A DNA stretch of 46,830 nt from NCBI GenBank assembly GCA_029248675.1, contig JAQWIX010000016.1:1-46830 (forward strand). Direction: 5' to 3'. This DNA comes from Pseudomonadales bacterium. GTDB lineage: Bacteria > Pseudomonadota > Gammaproteobacteria > Pseudomonadales > Azotimanducaceae. The position numbers and the translations under genes are program-made. Below are positions 41,580 through 46,830 of the stretch, in pieces. How positions within the stretch are numbered: position 1 is the first letter of the stretch; each line of letters begins with the position of its first letter. The notes below the pieces were generated by a model. That model ran no database searches. It worked only from the letters and a program-made list of their open reading frames with translations, and was not told where the DNA came from.

Positions 41580-42713
41580 TTACTCGCGTACGTTCAAATA
41601 GGCTTGCTCGCTGATGCCATGATAGCGGCGTACATCCTTTAGATAGGCCATATAGGATTCGTAAATCTTCTTGGCCAGCGGATCCGCATCGGCGATCTCT
41701 GCCACCACCTCTTTGGAAGCGTCGCGGAGGGCCGCGATCACATCATCAGGCAGTCGTCGCAACTGCACTCCGTGTTCGTTAATCAGAGTGTCCAGCGCCG
41801 CGTTATTGCGCGCGGTGAACTCGCTCAACATGTCCTCGTTTATGGCCTGTGTTGCCACTTCGATCATAGCCTGCAGATCAGGCGGCAAGGCTTCCCAAGC
41901 TTCCTTGTTCACCATGGCCTCCAAGGTGGGGCCGGGTTCGTGCCAGCCCGGGTAGTAGTAATACTTGGCTGCCTTATGCAGAGAAAAGGCCAAATCGTTG
42001 TAGGGACCAACCCATTCGGTGGCGTCGATAGCGCCGGTTTGCAGGGCGGTAAAAATCTCGCCGCCGGGCAGGATCACGGGAACACCGCCGGCCCGGGCAA
42101 ACACTTCTCCGCCGATGCCGGGTATGCGCATGCGCAGCCCTTGCAGGTCTTCGATGGAATTGATTTCTTTGTTGAACCAGCCGGCCATTTGCACGCCAGA
42201 GTTACCTGCGGCGAAGGGCACCAAATTAAACTGGCCGTACAGTTCCCGCCAAAGGGCCATGCCGCCACCGTAGTGCAGCCAGCCATTCATCTCTTGGGCG
42301 TTCATGCCAAATGGCACGGTAGCGAACATGGCCGTTGCTGGGTTTTTACCTCGCCAGTAATAGGCTGCACCGTGCCCCATTTGAGCGGTGCCTTGAGAGA
42401 CTGCATCAAAAACTTCCAGGGCAGGCACCAGTTCGCCAGCACCGTATACCTTGATGTCCAGACGACCGTTGCTCATCACCCGAAGGCGGTCAGCCAACCG
42501 CTCTGGCGCGGTACCAAGACCGGGTAAGTTCTTCGGCCAAGTGGTTACCATCTTCCATTGGTAGACCTTGGTGTTTTCAGTAATCGGCGCGCCATTACCT
42601 TGAGCCTCACCTTGACCGCCGCCCGGCGCCGGTGCGCACCCCAACATAATCAAGGCCGCGCACAGACAGGCCACCAACGTTGCGGGTCGCAACTTCAATG
42701 TTTCATGGGTCAT
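41580..42713 (-). CDS. TRAP substrate-binding protein (TakP-like carboxylate/2-oxoacid-binding), probable lipoprotein
   Basis: WKMVTTWP, YYW.GK, MRIPG, ATEWVGPYND, YYPGWHEPG; lipobox-like MLGC; GAGG Shine-Dalgarno before ATG 42713. Confidence 0.92.
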   Translation of the reverse strand: MTHETLKLRPATLVACLCAALIMLGCAPAPGGGQGEAQGNGAPITENTKVYQWKMVTTWPKNLPGLGTAPERLADRLRVMSNGRLDIKVYGAGELVPALEVFDAVSQGTAQMGHGAAYYWRGKNPATAMFATVPFGMNAQEMNGWLHYGGGMALWRELYGQFNLVPFAAGNSGVQMAGWFNKEINSIEDLQGLRMRIPGIGGEVFARAGGVPVILPGGEIFTALQTGAIDATEWVGPYNDLAFSLHKAAKYYYYPGWHEPGPTLEAMVNKEAWEALPPDLQAMIEVATQAINEDMLSEFTARNNAALDTLINEHGVQLRRLPDDVIAALRDASKEVVAEIADADPLAKKIYESYMAYLKDVRRYHGISEQAYLNVRE

Positions 42714-42760
42714 TTCTACCACCTCACTCATGAACGAATTTGTTTTTGTAAATCGGTATA

Positions 42761-44950
42761 TCAATCGATGGCCTGAAGATTAGCGTAGCCCACCATCAGC
42801 CACTTAGCCCCTTCTGCGAAGTTCACCTGCACCTTGGCACGCTCGCCATTGCCTTCAAACTGCAGCACGACGCCTTCGCCGTATTTTCCATGCAACACCC
42901 GCTGGCCCATACGCATACCATTGGACTCTTCCTGCATCAGGCTGCTGCCGCCGCCAGCGTAGCCACTGCCAAACAGGCCTTGGGTACTGGCTTTCATGCG
43001 CACTTCTGACAATAGGTCCTGGGGAATTTCCAACAAGAATCGGCTGGGGCGGTTGTAGCTATCCTGTCCATGCAAACGACGGCTTTCGGCGTAGGTCAGA
43101 TACAGTTCCTGCATGGCTCGCGTGATGCCCACATAAGCCAAGCGGCGTTCTTCTTCTAGCCGCCCGGGTTCCTCAGAAGACATACGGTGGGGGAACAGGC
43201 CTTCCTCCATACCACCCAGAAAAACCAGGGGAAACTCCAGCCCCTTGGCCGAGTGTAAAGTCATCATCTGCACGCTGGGGCCTTGGGCGCTTTGACGATC
43301 ACCGGCATCTAAAGTCATTTGATCCAGAAACTCCTGCAGCACGCTGACCTCGGCACGATCACTGTCTTCAAAAGGAAAAACCAAATCGCCGCTGAATTGC
43401 CGGCAGGCAGATACCAGTTCCTGCAGGTTTTCTTTGCGGGCCAATCCACGCTCGCCACGCTCTTGGCCATGAAAGGTCATCAGTCCACTGGCATCGATCA
43501 CATGCTCTGCTAGTTCGTCCAACCGCATGGGGGCTACTGCTTCGGCAAGCTCATCGATCAGCATCAGAAAACCGCCCACAGCGCCGTTGACCCGGGCGGT
43601 AAAGGAGCCGCCGGCGATACCATCCTTGGCCGCCTGCCAAAGAGATGTTTGATTGGTGCGGGCGAGCTGCCGAATTCCTTCTAAAGTTTTATCTCCGATA
43701 CCCCGAGTGGGCGTATTAACCACGCGCTCGAATGCGGTATCCGAGTGACGGTCTTCCATCAGACGCATGTAGGCCAAGGCGTTTTTAATTTCCGCACGCT
43801 CGAAGAAGCGTTGGCCGCCGTAAATCTGATAGGGAATGTTCAGTCGCAGCAGAGCCTCTTCCAGCACTCGAGATTGCGCATTGGAACGATACAAAATGGC
43901 CGCTTCATTTGGGCTACCGCCATCGTCAATCCACTGTTGAATGCGCTCAGCGATAAATCGTGCCTCATCCAAATCGTTAAATCCGGCGTAAACTTTGATC
44001 AGTTCACCCTGCTCACCCTCGGACCAAAGTTCCTTGCCTAGGCGATTGGTGTTGCGCTGAATGAGGCCGTTGGCGGCGTCTAGGATGGTTTGGGTTGAGC
44101 GGTAGTTCTGCTCTAGCCGCACGGTGGCGACGTCTGCAAAATCCTCGGCAAACTGGTGAATGTTCTCGACCTTGGCACCTCGCCAGCCGTAAATGGACTG
44201 ATCGTCGTCACCTACCGCCATGACCTTGGCTGTACGGCCAGCCAACACGCGTAGCCAAGCGTATTGAATGGTGTTGGTGTCTTGAAATTCGTCCACCAGC
44301 AAATGGGAAAAACGCTGTTGGTAATGGGCTAGCAAGGTGGCGTCATTGAGCCACAGTTCGTGGGAACGCAGCAGCAGTTCCGCGAAATCCACCAAACCGC
44401 CCTGATCACAGGTTTCTTCGTACGCTTGATAGATTCGTTTGTGGGTGATTTGAAATAGGTCTTCCCCGGCCGCAACTTCGTGGGCCCGTTTGCCTTCGTC
44501 TTTTTGCCCGTTAATGAACCAAGCTGCTTGCCGAGCCGGCCACTTTTTTTCGTCGACGTCTTGGGCTTTCATGATGCGCTTAATCAGCCGCACCTGATCA
44601 TCGCCGTCGATGATCTGAAAATTCTGGGGTAAGCGGGCTTCTGCCCAGTGCATGCGCAGCAGTCGGTGGGCCAAACCGTGAAAAGTGCCCACCCACATAG
44701 AGCGGGCGCTGACGTTCAACAACGATTCGGTTCGGGCACGCAGTTCTGCTGCGGCTTTGTTGGTAAAGGTGACGGCCAGGATGCCGTGGGGCGAAACGCC
44801 TTCCACGTCAACCAACCAAGCAATACGGTGAACCAGCACACGGGTTTTTCCGCTTCCGGCACCGGCTACGACCAAGGCATTAGTCAACGGCGCAGAAACC
44901 GCGTCGCGCTGGGACTCGTTAAGCCCGTCAAGAATGTGGGATATATCCAA
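42761..44950 (-). CDS. uvrD: DNA helicase II
   Basis: AGAGSGKT, TFTNKAA, DEFQDTN, QNYRS, HSAKGLEF, EERRLAYV; C-terminal Tudor-like segment. Confidence 0.97.
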   Translation of the reverse strand: MDISHILDGLNESQRDAVSAPLTNALVVAGAGSGKTRVLVHRIAWLVDVEGVSPHGILAVTFTNKAAAELRARTESLLNVSARSMWVGTFHGLAHRLLRMHWAEARLPQNFQIIDGDDQVRLIKRIMKAQDVDEKKWPARQAAWFINGQKDEGKRAHEVAAGEDLFQITHKRIYQAYEETCDQGGLVDFAELLLRSHELWLNDATLLAHYQQRFSHLLVDEFQDTNTIQYAWLRVLAGRTAKVMAVGDDDQSIYGWRGAKVENIHQFAEDFADVATVRLEQNYRSTQTILDAANGLIQRNTNRLGKELWSEGEQGELIKVYAGFNDLDEARFIAERIQQWIDDGGSPNEAAILYRSNAQSRVLEEALLRLNIPYQIYGGQRFFERAEIKNALAYMRLMEDRHSDTAFERVVNTPTRGIGDKTLEGIRQLARTNQTSLWQAAKDGIAGGSFTARVNGAVGGFLMLIDELAEAVAPMRLDELAEHVIDASGLMTFHGQERGERGLARKENLQELVSACRQFSGDLVFPFEDSDRAEVSVLQEFLDQMTLDAGDRQSAQGPSVQMMTLHSAKGLEFPLVFLGGMEEGLFPHRMSSEEPGRLEEERRLAYVGITRAMQELYLTYAESRRLHGQDSYNRPSRFLLEIPQDLLSEVRMKASTQGLFGSGYAGGGSSLMQEESNGMRMGQRVLHGKYGEGVVLQFEGNGERAKVQVNFAEGAKWLMVGYANLQAID

Positions 44951-45017
44951 GAATGACCCCGACTGAATTACAACCTGCCCATCCTACCTGAGCTTGTTGC
45001 CAGACGCTTACCGAGGC

Positions 45018-45677
45018 TTATAAATTTCCTTGATCTGAAGGGACTTCGTCATCTTCTGAGACAGATGCGTCGTACTCCTCTCCCCGGGCCTGACTGCTGA
45101 AATCCAAGGTGTGAGAGGTTACTAGCTGGCCAATGCCTCGGCCTTGGTCGGTTATATGCAGTCGATGCAAAATTTCATCCACCAACCCGTGCACCTCAGC
45201 CCGTAGCTCCGGCAGATCCTCGCCGGGTACTGTCACCGACTGGGAACCAATACGGTAAAACCGCTGGACATAGGAGGGCGGTAGCCAGGAGTGGACCTCG
45301 CCTCGAAGACCGCCCACAGCGGCATCGCTTTCTGGCACTGCTTCGCGATTGCGCTGGCGATCCAACTGACCTTGGTCAATTACCTGTTCAATGTGCCGAG
45401 CCAGCACAAACGCATAGCGACTGCTCAATTGTTCAATAACGCCGGGATGTTTACCCGGGTTCTCTAGGGCGTCCCAAATGGCTTTGCCGCGGAAACCCGA
45501 AAGGCCCCCCCCGGTTTTTGATTTTGAGCCCTCGCCGGCGGGCGTGGATTCCGCTTCACTCTGCATAGCCTCCAAGGATCTCACCCGCGTCAGGATGTAG
45601 CTGATGACTATGAACAAAATGACGATTAACGCGATGGTAAGCGTAATCAGAAGTATTGGGACAAAATTATCGGCCAT
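45018..45677 (-). CDS. Hypothetical protein with an N-terminal TM helix
   Basis: 219-aa ORF with a strongly hydrophobic N-terminal ~25 aa; GAGA-rich sequence upstream of ATG; no family recognised. Confidence 0.75.
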   Translation of the reverse strand: MADNFVPILLITLTIALIVILFIVISYILTRVRSLEAMQSEAESTPAGEGSKSKTGGGLSGFRGKAIWDALENPGKHPGVIEQLSSRYAFVLARHIEQVIDQGQLDRQRNREAVPESDAAVGGLRGEVHSWLPPSYVQRFYRIGSQSVTVPGEDLPELRAEVHGLVDEILHRLHITDQGRGIGQLVTSHTLDFSSQARGEEYDASVSEDDEVPSDQGNL

Positions 45678-45822
45678 ATCTCATCATCTCTTGCGGCAGA
45701 AGCATCACGCTACGCTTTTGCGCGGCTTGCGCATAGCCGAGCGCCTAAACTCGTAAATCAAAAAATATCGATTAGTTCTCATTTTATGGGCTTGGTCTGG
45801 GATTTAGTCAACCATTTGTGAG

Positions 45823-46830
45823 CTATTCACCAAGCGCTACCGGCCCCCGTTCTCGCATTTGTTTCGCCACTCGGGCACGCTCGATGACGTAAAGGTCATT
45901 CACCGTCTTCTCAACGTTGTTTAAGCCGCCTTTCAGCTCGGTTAGCTCTCGCCGAATGCCTTTGAGAGATCCCACCGAGGTGCTTTGCTCATCCAAACTT
46001 CGTTGCGCGCGTTCTACCTGGGTTAACAGGCGAGAGGTCTCGGTTTCGAGGTTTTGCAGCTGAACCCCCAGGGCTTGCTGAGTTGCACTTAGTGCATCCT
46101 TCGTCGATGTCCCCATGGTATTTGGCATTGCCTCTAGCTGCCGGTTCAGTGCAACTACGGCAATTTCATTGGCAGCCAACATCTCTTGCAACATCAGTTG
46201 ATTGGTCAACCCTTGATCTATCCGCGTCTCTAACGTGCTGAAGCTCTCGATACCCTTGGTCATTTGCAGGGTGCGTTTCGCCATGGCCCCTAACATGGAG
46301 TCAATTTCTTTCACCTTGGAAGACAGTTGGGCGGCCATCAGCACATAAAACAGCGCCGCCGCCAGTAGTGCGATGCACAAGGCCCCAACAGAATACAGAG
46401 TAAACCGCTGAGACTTTTTCAGCTGTTCAGCAATATCCTCGATCAGTGGATGGGCTGTTGAAATCCGCAATGTCTCCCCACTAACGCTGATTGCGAGGTT
46501 GGGTTCATCCTCGTCGTCAGCCTGTTCGGTATTGACCTTGGCCGGGTGCGGTGGCTTTTCGACAGGTGCTTGAGCTTCATCCTCGGCCTTAGGCAGGGCG
46601 CTGGGTTCGCTCACTTCCGCTAACACGTCTTCAATTTCTGCTGCGCGATTTTTCACATTTTCGGCAATGGCCTCTATGGCCTCCTCGGACCCTTCTGGCG
46701 CAGCCTCGGTCACTTCTTCCTCAGCAGACTCGGCCGCCGGATCGGCGGCATTATCCTCAACAGATTGCGCCACGGTTTCTGGGGCTGTTTCTGAAACTTG
46801 TTGGTCTTCTGGCTTTTGGTTTTCTTCGTC
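45823..46830 (-). CDS. Hypothetical bitopic membrane protein (acidic N-terminal region, TM helix, coiled coil), 5'-truncated by window edge
   Basis: Frame stays open from 46773 to 46830 (DEENQKPEDQQVSETAPET); TM segment YSVGALCIALLAAALFYVLMAA; heptad-rich C-terminus. Confidence 0.75.
   Translation of the reverse strand, partial: DEENQKPEDQQVSETAPETVAQSVEDNAADPAAESAEEEVTEAAPEGSEEAIEAIAENVKNRAAEIEDVLAEVSEPSALPKAEDEAQAPVEKPPHPAKVNTEQADDEDEPNLAISVSGETLRISTAHPLIEDIAEQLKKSQRFTLYSVGALCIALLAAALFYVLMAAQLSSKVKEIDSMLGAMAKRTLQMTKGIESFSTLETRIDQGLTNQLMLQEMLAANEIAVVALNRQLEAMPNTMGTSTKDALSATQQALGVQLQNLETETSRLLTQVERAQRSLDEQSTSVGSLKGIRRELTELKGGLNNVEKTVNDLYVIERARVAKQMRERGPVALGE

Noticed and set aside
39923-42527. 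Long alternative-frame or antisense ORFs (39923..40708, 41772..42527; likewise 14590..15189 and 17758..18318)
   Set aside because: They lie almost entirely within well-supported genes and show no motifs; typical shadow ORFs of moderately GC-rich coding DNA.
44951-45017. LexA (SOS) box upstream of uvrD
   Set aside because: No CTGT-N8-ACAG found in the gap.

Overview
A 46.8-kb core-genome segment of a Gammaproteobacterium. The gene order resembles the Pseudomonas/Cellvibrionales origin-proximal region but looks trimmed; finer taxonomy cannot be assigned from this window. It holds about 53 CDS: metK(partial)-metF-rsmE, an orphan gene, gshB-tonB-yqgE-yqgF-yggS-proC-yggT-metX-metW-DUF4426-rdgB-hemW, two tandem glycosyltransferase-like paralogs, trmB, DUF423, rpoH-ftsXEY, rsmD-coaD, mutM-rpmG-rpmB-radC, coaBC-algC-argB-slmA, pyrE-rph, yicC, gmk-rpoZ-spoT-ridA-recG, Pmp3/YqaE, a DAACS symporter, a rubredoxin missing from the ORF track, ubiA, a split TRAP transporter with a crotonase, uvrD and two unknown membrane proteins. 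I saw no rRNA, tRNA, CRISPR or mobile element, and no clear-cut new multi-gene system. The best leads are: (1) a stand-alone, apparently His-less mini-ChpA/FimL protein at the position of the missing pil-chp cluster; (2) a perfect CIRCE (HrcA) operator upstream of rpoH; (3) ubiA without ubiC, directly coupled to a TRAP carboxylate transporter; (4) an in-frame amber stop in yicC; (5) a candidate structured RNA in the rph leader; (6) the inserted glycosyltransferase pair; (7) the unknown membrane-protein pair at the right edge. All homology calls are from recognised motifs and remembered synteny; no searches were run.
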